DNA from: Spirochaetaceae bacterium
Lineage (GTDB): Bacteria; Spirochaetota; Spirochaetia; DSM-2461
Assembly (NCBI GenBank): GCA_965232615.1
Contig: OZ246985.1
Coordinates: 847,778-911,777 of the forward strand
Length of the DNA stretch: 64,000 nucleotides
Reading direction: 5' to 3'
In this document: positions 47,870 to 58,134 of the stretch, in pieces
How positions within the stretch are numbered: position 1 is the stretch's first letter
Layout: every line of letters begins with the position of its first letter
Notes under the pieces: generated by a model
Databases searched by the model: none
The model's input: the letters and a program-made list of their open reading frames with translations, nothing else
Told to the model about the DNA's origin: nothing
Made by a program: the position numbers and the translations under genes

Positions 47870-48880
47870 TCAAGGGTAGTAGAACTCCTCGCCAGGTAGT
47901 TTCCCTCCGATGGATGCAGGATCAAAGGACTCAAGAACTCGGAAATAGTCTTCAAATGAAGTTAGAGCAGCAGTTGCCGGTACAAATCTCAAATTCATCC
48001 GGGGGATGGCAGCAGCAAAGGTGTCGGAATTCAGCTGTGGAGACAGGACAACGGCAGCCAGACCAGCCTTTTCCGGTTGGTTTCTGGCATCTTCGACAGC
48101 GGTCGCATAGGCATGGATGAACAGTCTGGTAAATTCCCTATTGGCATTTGCGAACTCCCTGTCGACAACCAGAGAAGCTTGGGGATATGATGATCCATAG
48201 TGGTCAGTCCATTCCGCCTGAATATCTATCAGTATGCGGGTGTCTGGTTTCTTTGTCAGGACGGTTGTCAACATGGGTTCAGGCATCAATGATACAGTAC
48301 TCCTGCTGGTGAGAAATGCCGGGGCTAACTCAGCAGCCGACGATGCGTATTGAATAGTCAAATCCTGCTCTGGATCAATGCCGTTCAGATTCAATAGATG
48401 ACGGAATGTGATGTCAGGGGTAAGCCCTCGTCCGAATGTATGCACAGTTTGTCCTTTCAAGTCTTCCCAACTCTCTATGTCCAGAGATGTTACGATGTAG
48501 AGAATGCCCCATATAACAGGACCGATAGCTTGAGTATTGGTATTCTTGTTTGAGAGGATTGCGGCCAGATTACTGGGAATAACAGCAAAATCGGCCTCAC
48601 CGGAAATAATCTTCGCAGCCAGAAGATCGGCGGCAGTGATAATGGATATTTGAACGTCGTATCCGGTGGTGATGGAATCAAGGTCAAGGAGGGCTACGGT
48701 GGCTATCGTGGCCCCATTGGGAACAATAAGACGAACCTGAGTGTTCTTTTCAGAGATCGGTTCCTTTACTCCCTGGGAGTAAAGGAATGCTGGAAGAGCC
48801 AGTGATAGAATCAGAAAGAATCCAATTATGTGATTTCTGCCAGGTTCCTTCTGTGACTGTGAATCAGTAAATATATCCAT
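47870..48880 (-). CDS. ABC transporter substrate-binding protein (NMT1/THI5-like, nitrate/sulfonate/HMP family), orphan
   Basis: Signal peptide and an NMT1-like fold. No adjacent permease or ATPase. Matching-type components are 37 kb away at 10084-11473. Confidence 0.55.
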   Translation of the reverse strand: MDIFTDSQSQKEPGRNHIIGFFLILSLALPAFLYSQGVKEPISEKNTQVRLIVPNGATIATVALLDLDSITTGYDVQISIITAADLLAAKIISGEADFAVIPSNLAAILSNKNTNTQAIGPVIWGILYIVTSLDIESWEDLKGQTVHTFGRGLTPDITFRHLLNLNGIDPEQDLTIQYASSAAELAPAFLTSRSTVSLMPEPMLTTVLTKKPDTRILIDIQAEWTDHYGSSYPQASLVVDREFANANREFTRLFIHAYATAVEDARNQPEKAGLAAVVLSPQLNSDTFAAAIPRMNLRFVPATAALTSFEDYFRVLESFDPASIGGKLPGEEFYYP

Positions 48881-48891
48881 AAATATCTCCT

Positions 48892-49050
48892 GGGCACCTC
48901 TAAAAACCTTATTTCGTTTTTGGCTTGATCTTTTTCCTCGCTGCTACGTTGTCAAAATGCTCACGTAATCAGGTGCGTACCGCATGAGCAAAGCTCCGAG
49001 GAACGCACCGCCACTTCGTCAATTTCCTAAAGCTGTTTTTAGAGGTACCC
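48892..49050 (+). repeat. MITE-like element copy E9 (one hairpin unit)
   Basis: Full TIRs. Variant-B module A, one gcgt/ggagc-type hairpin and the cgtcaatttcctaaagctg end. Confidence 0.85.
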
Positions 49051-49174
49051 TGTAGGGTCATACCATTAATCATATATTTTGTATACTTGAGAATTGGTTT
49101 TCAAAAAAGCTCAATATACGGGTTGTGAACTGGAGTGATCAGGAGTATACAGGTATCTTTATGGAAGGAATTTC

Positions 49175-49948
49175 ATGAGTCGTCAAATCAAAGCACCAGC
49201 CCTTATACTGAAAATGAATCCTGTTGGTGAAAATCACCGAGGGCTGTTCATGCTTGTAGCTGGTGAGGGTCTTTTAAGAGTTCTGGCATTTGGTGCTCAA
49301 GGGAGACGAAACTCATTACGAGCCACGGCAGTTCCTTATAATACAGGTCTTGCGAATCTTCACTTTGATGGAGCCAGAGACAGATGGCGTTTGACTACCT
49401 TTGATCCAGAGGGGAGTACAGATGGTCTCAGAGAAGACCTTGACAGGTTTTACACGGCAACAGCATGGGCTGAAATACTGCTTAAAAGTCATGGAAGTGG
49501 GGGCGACTCAGTTCAATTGTATCATTTGGCTGCCAATAGTTTTTCACTTTTATCAAGTATTTCCGGGAAGGATGTAAGGAAACTCAATACAGGATTTCTA
49601 TGGCACTTCCTATCGATTGAAGGAGTTAAACCGGATGTAATGAGATGTGGCCGCTGCGGCAGAATTCTTCCTGTCGATATGAATGGTGATTCAGCCCTGT
49701 TCTGGCCAAATGGTTTGCTTGTTGGGCCGGAATGTGCTGAATCGAAGGGACGGGAGATTTCTGACGGAGCTCGGGTCTGGCTTCAGCGTATATCGGGCAG
49801 CATTGAAGATTCGTTAAGTATTGATTTGGAGAACGACAATCTTCCAGTGGTTGAGGAGTGGGTTATCTCTATTATTCAAGGACTTCTTGACTATCAGCTC
49901 AAGGTGATTTCTCAATACCCCCGAGGGTTTCGTTCCCTGATTGGATGA
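49175..49948 (+). CDS. recO: DNA repair protein RecO
   Basis: 257 aa. OB-fold N-terminus plus a CxxC...CxxC zinc motif (CGRCGR...C). Confidence 0.55.
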   Translation: MSRQIKAPALILKMNPVGENHRGLFMLVAGEGLLRVLAFGAQGRRNSLRATAVPYNTGLANLHFDGARDRWRLTTFDPEGSTDGLREDLDRFYTATAWAEILLKSHGSGGDSVQLYHLAANSFSLLSSISGKDVRKLNTGFLWHFLSIEGVKPDVMRCGRCGRILPVDMNGDSALFWPNGLLVGPECAESKGREISDGARVWLQRISGSIEDSLSIDLENDNLPVVEEWVISIIQGLLDYQLKVISQYPRGFRSLIG

Positions 49949-50120
49949 ACAATGAAAAAGAATGAGACTGGCTTTCTGTTCTGAATTAGGATGTGAAACA
50001 GTTCCTACAGTTTAGAGAATGATTTACACCATTGCTTTTCACATCGTCCGGCAGGTATACAATAATGCTCTTCAGAGGTACCCTGTGTAATCATGAATAT
50101 CAAATTCCGGAGGAATATGG

Positions 50121-51443
50121 ATGTATGATTCTTTGCGAACAGTTGATATCATTGCGGCAAAGCGGAATGGAAAAGCTCTCAAATCAGAACAAATTGCTTC
50201 ATTTATTTCCGGCTATGCCAGGGGTGATATACCCGATTATCAGGCTGCAGCCTGGTGCATGGCTGTTTTTCTCAAGGGGATGACACCTGAAGAAACAGGA
50301 TATCTTACCCAGGCCATGATAGACTCAGGTGAGGTTATCAACTTTTCTTCACTCAGAGGACCATTGGTCGATAAGCATTCCACAGGCGGTGTGGGCGATA
50401 AAATCTCTCTGGTTCTTGCGCCTGTTGCTGCGGCGTGTGGTGTTAAAGTTCCCATGATGAGCGGCCGTGCTCTTGGACACACTGGCGGAACACTGGACAA
50501 ACTTGATTCTATTCCCGGCTATTCAACAGTACTTTCTCCTCAACAGTTTGTGGAATGTGTTGACAAAGTTGGCTACGCCATGACAGGACAAAGTGAAAAA
50601 ATCGTTCCGGCCGATAGAAAACTGTATGCCCTTCGGGATGTCATTGCGGCTGTGGAATCAATTCCTTTGATTACAGGAAGCATTCTCTCCAAGAAATTTG
50701 CAGAGGGCGCTGATGCTCTGGTTATGGATGTGAAGTGTGGTAAGGGAGCATTTATGAAAACGAGAGAAGATGCCAGAGCTTTAGCACAATCCCTGGTTCA
50801 TACCGGCAGGAAGCTTAATCGCCAGGTAATTGCAGTACTCACCGATATGTCAGAACCTCTTGGCCGGAAAGTTGGCAACTTCCTGGAGGTAGAAGAAGCA
50901 GTTGATTGCCTCAGAGGTAATGGTCCGGTAGATGTAATGGAAGTCACTTACAGACTGACAGCATGGATGCTAGTTGCTGCCGGATTGCGGAAGAGTATTC
51001 CAGAAGCTGAAAACCTCTGTAGAAATGTGATTTCTGATGGATCAGCGATGAAGAAATTCCGTGAAAACATAAAACGACAGGGAGGAAGACTGGATGAACT
51101 GGACGCCATGCTGGGAAGTGCCAGGGCAAGGTTTTCACGGGATATTAACGCAAAGAAATCCGGGTACATATCCGGTATGGATGCCCTTGCAGTTGGATCA
51201 GCCAGTGTCGCATTGGGAGTTGGTCGGGATACGGCTGCCGATTCTGTGGACCCTTTGGCTGGAATCGAAATTATTAAGAAAGCAGGAGAGATCGTCCAGA
51301 CTGGTGAGACCGTATTACGTCTATGGACCAATGAAGAAAAACGGCTGGATACGGCAGAAGATCATCTGAGAACTTTTATGCAGATAGATTCAAAGACTCA
51401 TATTCTGCGAGGCACTCTTATCATCGAGGAGATATCTCATTGA
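50121..51443 (+). CDS. pdp: pyrimidine-nucleoside (thymidine) phosphorylase
   Basis: 440 aa with the HSTGGVGDK and SGRALGHTGGTLDKL motifs. Confidence 0.8.
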   Translation: MYDSLRTVDIIAAKRNGKALKSEQIASFISGYARGDIPDYQAAAWCMAVFLKGMTPEETGYLTQAMIDSGEVINFSSLRGPLVDKHSTGGVGDKISLVLAPVAAACGVKVPMMSGRALGHTGGTLDKLDSIPGYSTVLSPQQFVECVDKVGYAMTGQSEKIVPADRKLYALRDVIAAVESIPLITGSILSKKFAEGADALVMDVKCGKGAFMKTREDARALAQSLVHTGRKLNRQVIAVLTDMSEPLGRKVGNFLEVEEAVDCLRGNGPVDVMEVTYRLTAWMLVAAGLRKSIPEAENLCRNVISDGSAMKKFRENIKRQGGRLDELDAMLGSARARFSRDINAKKSGYISGMDALAVGSASVALGVGRDTAADSVDPLAGIEIIKKAGEIVQTGETVLRLWTNEEKRLDTAEDHLRTFMQIDSKTHILRGTLIIEEISH

Positions 51444-53614
51444 AAAAATGGATAAAACCGCCTGTTGATTCTGACAGGGTGCGGGCTGTGGCAGAATTAT
51501 ACAATCTGGATCTTCTTACTGCAACCATTCTTACTCGCCGAAACATGTCTGAACCCGAACAAATCGGTTTTTTTCTGGAGGATGATGAGCGATTCCTTCA
51601 CAACCCCTTTTTATTTCCCCAGATGGAGAGAGCAGTTGAACGAGTATTATCCGCCGTGGAAGAAGGTGAGAAGGTTCTGGTTTGTGGGGATAAGGATGCC
51701 GATGGCATCACAAGTACAGTCCTCATGATCCAGGCACTTTGTTCGGTGGGTATTGAACCGGAATGGCGTGTGCCTGTTGGAGAAGAAACATATGGTTTAA
51801 GTGTTGAAGTCCTGGAGGCAAAGGCCGCAGAGAATATTACACTTGTGATAACGGTGGACTGTGGCATCACTGAGTTTGCGGAAATTGAACTGGCGAATCG
51901 TCTTGGTATGGATGTATTAGTATTTGATCACCACATGCCCAGAGGAAATGAGATTCCCGGGGCATATGCCATAGTCAACCCCAGGATGCCAGGAGATTAT
52001 CCCTTCAATGGACTGTGTGCCGCTGGTGTTGTTTCCAAGTTTCAGTGGGCACTGTGTTTTGCAGGAACAGAGCTTTGGTGTGAAGAATTCTGTCTCATTC
52101 ATGTCAGTATTGATAACAGAACGAACCCTGAAAACAACAGTCGTGAGTCATTACTTATTTTCGAAGCCCTTAGAATGCGCAACCTGGTCGAGATCCAGCG
52201 CCTTCATGTCTCTCAGGATGAAGGTGAAACTGGAAGGAACATAGCACTGCGTTTCATCGATGGACAGCTGTTGTTTACTTATGGAAAATCTGACCAGGTC
52301 CCATTGATTTCAAGTTTTTTTGGGACAAGTGATGTTCATGTCATTGATATTGAACCCGATTTAACTTCTACATTTCCCGGCCTCAAAGGTCATTCAGTAG
52401 AGAAACTGGAAGGACAAAGTCGCTTAGCTCAATACTTCCCAGGTCAAAAAGGCATACTGTCCACCCTGGGTAATCTCCTTATAACTTTGTATATCAGAAA
52501 ATTTTCTAATTCTTTCAATATGTGGCGTAGAGACCTGGATCTGGTTGCCATCGCCACTCTTGCCGATCTTATGCCCCTGCTTGATGAAAATCGTATTCTT
52601 GTTGGCCTGGGAATTAATCGCCTCAATGCCATAGATGGAATTAAAGAGCGAAGAACCGCATTGCGGGAGCTGTTGATTCAGCAGGAGTTTCATGAAGGAC
52701 AACTTGACAGTGTTGAAATAGCCTGGCAGTTGTGTCCTATCATCAATGCTTCCGGCCGGATGGGACGGGCTGATGTGGCTGTTGAATTCCTGCTCTCCAA
52801 TGATACCTCGAGAATCACCGCGTTATCCAGTGAGTTAATCGGTTTCAATAAGAAAAGACGTACTCTTGGAAACCAGATCTGGGAGAGAATTCTCCCAGCA
52901 GCATATCAATCCAGGGATGAATTCAGTGGGCGAATGGCCATTGTTGCCGATAATGAGATACCCAGAGGGATAACGGGCATTTTAGCCAGCCGTCTCCAGA
53001 AGACTCTTGGTGTTACATCGGTCGTTATTTCTCAGAGAACGGAAAATTCTTCAGGATCAATTCGTAGCAATGCTGGTATTAATGCACTCATCTGGCTGGA
53101 AGCCATGTCATCTTTGTTTGACAGTTATGGAGGTCATCCCCAGGCTGGTGGATTCCAGATCGACAGAAATAAAGTGGATGAGTTAATCACAAAATGCAGG
53201 GAATGGATAGCTGAAACACCTATATCATCGGTGCAGGAGGAACCCGTTATCATTGATGCAGAGCTGTCTCATGGAGAATTCATTAAAATGGGTTCTCAGG
53301 GACTTGAATCCCTGTTGGATCGTCTTGAGCCCTACGGGAAAGAATTCCAACCCCTTACTTTTCTTACTCGATCTGTGCCTGTTCAAAGCGCGAACCTTGT
53401 TGGGAAAGAAAAAAGCAATCATCTCAAGCTTGTCGTCTCTTTGGGAAAGGAGAAATGGCCTGCCCTCTGGTGGGATGGAGCTGACCACTATGGTAAAGAT
53501 ATCCATATTGGTAAGGATATAGATCTTGTCTATACAATTGACAAAGACCGCTGGCGAGGAGAAATCTCCCGTCGATTAACCATATTGGAGGCAATGCCTT
53601 GCTTAAAAAGTTGA
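51440..53614 (+). CDS. recJ: single-stranded-DNA-specific exonuclease RecJ
   Basis: DHH motif region VDCGITEF...VFDHH, DHHA1, and C-terminal OB. 724 aa. Confidence 0.8.
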   Translation: MKKWIKPPVDSDRVRAVAELYNLDLLTATILTRRNMSEPEQIGFFLEDDERFLHNPFLFPQMERAVERVLSAVEEGEKVLVCGDKDADGITSTVLMIQALCSVGIEPEWRVPVGEETYGLSVEVLEAKAAENITLVITVDCGITEFAEIELANRLGMDVLVFDHHMPRGNEIPGAYAIVNPRMPGDYPFNGLCAAGVVSKFQWALCFAGTELWCEEFCLIHVSIDNRTNPENNSRESLLIFEALRMRNLVEIQRLHVSQDEGETGRNIALRFIDGQLLFTYGKSDQVPLISSFFGTSDVHVIDIEPDLTSTFPGLKGHSVEKLEGQSRLAQYFPGQKGILSTLGNLLITLYIRKFSNSFNMWRRDLDLVAIATLADLMPLLDENRILVGLGINRLNAIDGIKERRTALRELLIQQEFHEGQLDSVEIAWQLCPIINASGRMGRADVAVEFLLSNDTSRITALSSELIGFNKKRRTLGNQIWERILPAAYQSRDEFSGRMAIVADNEIPRGITGILASRLQKTLGVTSVVISQRTENSSGSIRSNAGINALIWLEAMSSLFDSYGGHPQAGGFQIDRNKVDELITKCREWIAETPISSVQEEPVIIDAELSHGEFIKMGSQGLESLLDRLEPYGKEFQPLTFLTRSVPVQSANLVGKEKSNHLKLVVSLGKEKWPALWWDGADHYGKDIHIGKDIDLVYTIDKDRWRGEISRRLTILEAMPCLKS

Positions 53615-54522
53615 ATATCACCGCTCTTCTCTTCATTACCACAGGGTTTTCGCTGGGTGCAGTCGATCCCGTACTTATTGCACCAGACTATGCTGATCCA
53701 GGGAATGCGGTACAGGTTTCGGTGTATGGAATACTACTCGACGATGTGTCTGTGTCACTGTTTAATGGGCAGGGGAAGGCTGTCAGCAGGGCTTCAGGAT
53801 TTGTGTGGACAAGACCTGATGGCTCAGGGATAAATATCGCCTTGCTCGGAATTCCTTCGGATCTACCTCAGGGACGTTACACAATTGCCCTTTATGCCAG
53901 GGATGGTCTGGCTCAGTGGAACCTGGAGAACACCATTACAGTTCGCCGTTCTTCATATCCTGAGAATGTCATTCATTTGAATGAAACGATGAATACTCTG
54001 TATACTGAAAACTCAGATCGGAAAAAGAAGGAAGCCAGAGCTTTGTGGGGAGTGCTGAATCAGTTTAACTCCAATGAGATTTATCATACTGGAGTATTTC
54101 TGAAGCCAGTAATCAAAGGAATAGTCACTTCTGATTTTGGTGAACGGCGTCTGTATCAAAAGTTGGATGGTTCTGGGAATTCTTCTATCCACCTGGGTCA
54201 GGATCTTTGGGAAAAACCTGGAACCAGCATCCTTGCCGCTGGTAAGGGGCGTGTTGTGATGGCTGTCGAACGGTATCTTACGGGTAATACGGTCATCCTT
54301 GAACATCTTCCCGGAGTATATACCCTGTATTACCACCTGGATACGATCAAAGCAAGTTTGGGACAGATTGTTGAGGCGGGGGATGAAATTGGGACTCTGG
54401 GCGCAACCGGGTTCGCGACAGGTGAGCATCTGCATTGGGAGCTCAGGACAAGTACGACAGCAATCCAGCCGTCTCAATATCTTGATCGTCCCCTTCTTGA
54501 CATTGAATCCCTGTATCCCTAG
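53599..54522 (+). CDS. M23-family peptidoglycan endopeptidase (LytM domain)
   Basis: C-terminal HxxxD...HLHWE motif (HLGQD, GEHLHWE). Confidence 0.7.
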   Translation: MLKKLNITALLFITTGFSLGAVDPVLIAPDYADPGNAVQVSVYGILLDDVSVSLFNGQGKAVSRASGFVWTRPDGSGINIALLGIPSDLPQGRYTIALYARDGLAQWNLENTITVRRSSYPENVIHLNETMNTLYTENSDRKKKEARALWGVLNQFNSNEIYHTGVFLKPVIKGIVTSDFGERRLYQKLDGSGNSSIHLGQDLWEKPGTSILAAGKGRVVMAVERYLTGNTVILEHLPGVYTLYYHLDTIKASLGQIVEAGDEIGTLGATGFATGEHLHWELRTSTTAIQPSQYLDRPLLDIESLYP

Positions 54523-54555
54523 ACTGTTCTAGCATTTTTAATTCAGACTATTGAA

Positions 54556-54792
54556 TTGAAATCCATAGAAAGGGGGGTGATTCAAATCGCCTATATAAGA
54601 GTTAATGAGGATGAGCCCTTGGAAAAAGCTGTCAAGCGATTCAAGCGCATGGTGGAAAAAGAAGGGATAATCAGGGAATTCAAACGACGAGAGTATTTTG
54701 AGAAACCATCGACAATCAAAAATCGAAAGAAGAAGGCTTTGGTAAGAAAGCAAATGAAAAAACTCCGAAAAGTAACACCGCAGGGCCGATAG
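54556..54792 (+). CDS. rpsU: 30S ribosomal protein S21
   Basis: Core ...[33 protein letters not shown]. The likely real start is the GTG at 54577, after aaagggggg. Confidence 0.7.
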   Translation: MKSIERGVIQIAYIRVNEDEPLEKAVKRFKRMVEKEGIIREFKRREYFEKPSTIKNRKKKALVRKQMKKLRKVTPQGR

Positions 54793-54799
54793 GTTTCTT

Positions 54800-55195
54800 T
54801 TGAAGAATGATTGTCTTTTTGGTGTACTCGTTACTGTTGCGGTATTCACTTTAATAGGAGCGAGACACCTTAAACAGCACTTACACCGTTTACATGTTGA
54901 ACAGGAACTCATAAGACTTCTTGAAAAGAATGAATATCAGTTTACCATTATTGATGTTCGGAATCCAATGGACTTCAAGACTGAACATGTTCCAGCTTCC
55001 TTAAACAATCCCTACCCACTTCCTCAGAGGTTTTTTCCGGTTGAAAACCTATTTGAAAAAATCTTTGTATTCGGTCCAAACCAACGAACAGTGCAGAAAT
55101 CTGCGAAACAACTGAGAGAAAATGGATATTATAATGTAACATACTACGGTGCTTATCATCACTGGAGAGGTCCAATTATCAAGGATACGCTATGA
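54800..55195 (+). CDS. rhodanese-homology domain protein (catalytic Cys apparently absent)
   Basis: Rhodanese-like fold (FTIIDVRNPMDF...HVPASLN), but the active-site loop reads FGPNQRT with no Cys. Confidence 0.5.
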   Translation: MKNDCLFGVLVTVAVFTLIGARHLKQHLHRLHVEQELIRLLEKNEYQFTIIDVRNPMDFKTEHVPASLNNPYPLPQRFFPVENLFEKIFVFGPNQRTVQKSAKQLRENGYYNVTYYGAYHHWRGPIIKDTL

Positions 55196-58134
55196 AAAAA
55201 GACGTCAGTTTCCCGGGATTTGAAACGATTTCCATAGATTCACTTGCTGAATATCAAGCTGATGGTATTCATCTCCGGCATATCCAGACAGGCGCAGAGA
55301 TATACAAAGTCAACACCAGCGATGAAGAAAATCTTTTTGCATTCATTTTCCGCACTCCACCTTCTGACCATACAGGTGTCCCCCATATAATGGAACATAC
55401 CGTCCTGTGTGGATCGCAGCGATACCCGTTAAAAGACCCCTTCCTGGTTCTTCTCAAGGGCAGTACTCATACTTTCCTCAATGCCATGACTTATCCGGAT
55501 AAAACTGTTTACCCTGCATCAAGTACTGTCAAGGCTGATTTTTTTAATCTCTTACGTGTCTATGGAGATGCTGTTTTCTTTCCGAATCTTAAAAAGGAAG
55601 CCTTTGAGCAGGAAGGGCATAGACTGGAAATTGAAAAAGATGGCTGGTTGGTACGTTCCGGCATTGTTCTTAATGAAATGAAGGGCAACTACTCATCCCC
55701 TGAATCTGTAGCGGAGGATTTAACTGTGAGGTCAATTCTTCCTGATACACCTTATCGATGGGATTCTGGTGGTGCTCCGGAACACATCCCTGAACTCACT
55801 TATGAAAGCTTTATTAACTTCCATAAAACTTATTACCAACCCTCGAATACACGGATATTCCTGTATGGAAATCACAATCTGGAAGAGGTGTTGACCGTAC
55901 TGGATTCAGAATACCTCAATAAATTTCAGCATCGGAAGATTGTGTCACAGATTTCCATGCAGAGCCCCTGGTCTGAACCTAAGCGTATGACGGGGTACTG
56001 GCCCTGTCGTCCCGATGAGAGAGTTCAAGGTAAGTCCATCGTCAGCCTGAATTGGCTCTGGGGTGATACAACCGATTTGAAACAGTTTCTTGACGCACAG
56101 GTTCTTTCGTATATCCTGCTGGGTCACAGTGGTTCTCCTCTACAACAAGCCCTGATTGACAGTGCCCTTGGAGAGGACCTTTCTCCCATCAGTGGTTTAG
56201 ATACCAATCTTCGACAGATGATTTTCACAGCCGCTCTCAGGGGAACCGATCCAGGGAAGGATGTCGAGATAGAGAAAGTTATCTTTGACTCCCTGGAGAA
56301 ATCCTCGCGTAAACTGGATGATGATCTTGTCGAAGGAGCTTTGAGGAGTGTCGAATTCCGTTCTCGGGAAATCAGTGGCAGTATCCCTTTCGGACTTCGT
56401 TTAATGCAGAGGGCTGTCAGGGGCTGGCTGCATGATAAACCTCCCGGGGAAAGTATGTCCTTCGAGCGACCAATGAAGAATCTCCGAGAAAATCGGGGTA
56501 AAAACTATTTTGAAGACTTGATAAGAAGATCTCTTATCAATAATTCGCATCGTACTACTGTTGTGCTCAGTCCAACTCCGGGTTTGAATGAACGGCGTGA
56601 AGAGGAAGATAGAATCCACCTGAGGGAAGTCTATGGAAAGCTCAGTCCTGAAGATTTGGTGGCTCTGGAACTATCCAATGAGAACCTTAAATCTTTTCAG
56701 GAAACTCCAGACAAACCTGAAGATCTTGCTCGAATCCCTTTCCTCTCTCCGGAAGACCTCCCCTCGAAAGTGACTGAAATCCCTTTAGAATCCGGAACAC
56801 ACAGTTTGATAAACTGGTACAGTCATGAAACCCTGACTAATGGTATTTCCTACCTGGAAATGGCCTTTGATCTTGAGGGCTTGAGCCCGGAGCTGCAAAT
56901 CTGGATGCCTTTATTCGGGTTTGCTCTGACTGATGTCGGGTTACCGGGTTTGCGGCACAGCGAAGTGTCACGCATGCTGGCAATGCAGATTGGTGGCCTG
57001 AATTGCTCCCTGGAAGCCTCACCAATCCACAAGAGCAGAGGAAACAGGATCAGTCTCCGATTGTTTCTTCATCTGAAAGCTCTTACCAGCCAGTGGGATA
57101 AGGCCCTTGGTATCACGATGGAAATCCTTCATTCTGCAGATTTTGATAATTTGAAGAGAGTTGATGATCTGTTAGTAGAACTCCGTAACGATTATCGTGC
57201 CGCCATCGTTCCTTCTGGCAGTGCATTTGCATCTATGCGTGCAAGTGCAAAGCATTCTATAAGCTCTTCATGGGAAGATTTATGGTATGGCATCAGTCAA
57301 TATCAGTTTCTTCAATCAATTACTCAGAATAAGAAACGAGCCAGAATCGCTTCCAGGGCCTTGAAGAGAATTAGAGAATCCATTCTGCAGCAGACCAATC
57401 TTTCCCTCGCCGTTACATCTGATTTTGACGACAATTCAACAGTTCTAAACAGGACACTGGAAAGAGTATCCTCCCTGCCTGTTGGATCAATCGTGCCTTC
57501 CAGAAAGCCGACACTTTTTCGCCATGAGACTGTTGCCGAATCGATATCGATCAGCACGGCAGTTTCATATTCAGCCCTGAGCCTGCCAGCTCCCCACACT
57601 GGATCTCCAGAACATGCCATGGCTGTTCTCCTGGCCCATATTTTAAGGACTGGCTACCTCTGGGAGAATATACGGATGAAAGGAGGGGCTTATGGCACTT
57701 CTGCTTCTGTTTCGGGACTTGAGGGAACTTTTACTTTTTCCACCTACAGGGATCCCCTTATTATACCCAGTCTCACAGCCTTCCGTGAATCATTGGAATG
57801 GGCCGCAGGGAACCTCGACAATGATACAGTAAAAATGGCAATAATTGGTTCAACAGGCCGGGAACTTAAACCTCTTAAGCCAAAAGAGAGAGGGGCGATA
57901 GCCTTTAAGCGTAAACTCTATGGTATAACGGATGAAATGAGACAGTTGGGCAGGGATACACAATTAAATGCAACGGCAGAAGATGTGAGAAAAGCCGCAG
58001 AAACCCTCCTTGATTCGTGGGACAGCCGTTCAATTTCTGTTATAGCTGGAGATGTGGATTTACAGGAAGCCAGTAAGGTCAATCAGGCATTGAACGAATC
58101 AAAGATTACTCTGGAAATATCCTCACCAGCCTAA
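55192..58134 (+). CDS. M16-family zinc metallopeptidase, PreP/M16C-like (about 980 aa)
   Basis: Inverted zinc motif HIMEHTVLCGS (HxxEH) and the M16C-associated size. Confidence 0.75.
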   Translation: MKKDVSFPGFETISIDSLAEYQADGIHLRHIQTGAEIYKVNTSDEENLFAFIFRTPPSDHTGVPHIMEHTVLCGSQRYPLKDPFLVLLKGSTHTFLNAMTYPDKTVYPASSTVKADFFNLLRVYGDAVFFPNLKKEAFEQEGHRLEIEKDGWLVRSGIVLNEMKGNYSSPESVAEDLTVRSILPDTPYRWDSGGAPEHIPELTYESFINFHKTYYQPSNTRIFLYGNHNLEEVLTVLDSEYLNKFQHRKIVSQISMQSPWSEPKRMTGYWPCRPDERVQGKSIVSLNWLWGDTTDLKQFLDAQVLSYILLGHSGSPLQQALIDSALGEDLSPISGLDTNLRQMIFTAALRGTDPGKDVEIEKVIFDSLEKSSRKLDDDLVEGALRSVEFRSREISGSIPFGLRLMQRAVRGWLHDKPPGESMSFERPMKNLRENRGKNYFEDLIRRSLINNSHRTTVVLSPTPGLNERREEEDRIHLREVYGKLSPEDLVALELSNENLKSFQETPDKPEDLARIPFLSPEDLPSKVTEIPLESGTHSLINWYSHETLTNGISYLEMAFDLEGLSPELQIWMPLFGFALTDVGLPGLRHSEVSRMLAMQIGGLNCSLEASPIHKSRGNRISLRLFLHLKALTSQWDKALGITMEILHSADFDNLKRVDDLLVELRNDYRAAIVPSGSAFASMRASAKHSISSSWEDLWYGISQYQFLQSITQNKKRARIASRALKRIRESILQQTNLSLAVTSDFDDNSTVLNRTLERVSSLPVGSIVPSRKPTLFRHETVAESISISTAVSYSALSLPAPHTGSPEHAMAVLLAHILRTGYLWENIRMKGGAYGTSASVSGLEGTFTFSTYRDPLIIPSLTAFRESLEWAAGNLDNDTVKMAIIGSTGRELKPLKPKERGAIAFKRKLYGITDEMRQLGRDTQLNATAEDVRKAAETLLDSWDSRSISVIAGDVDLQEASKVNQALNESKITLEISSPA

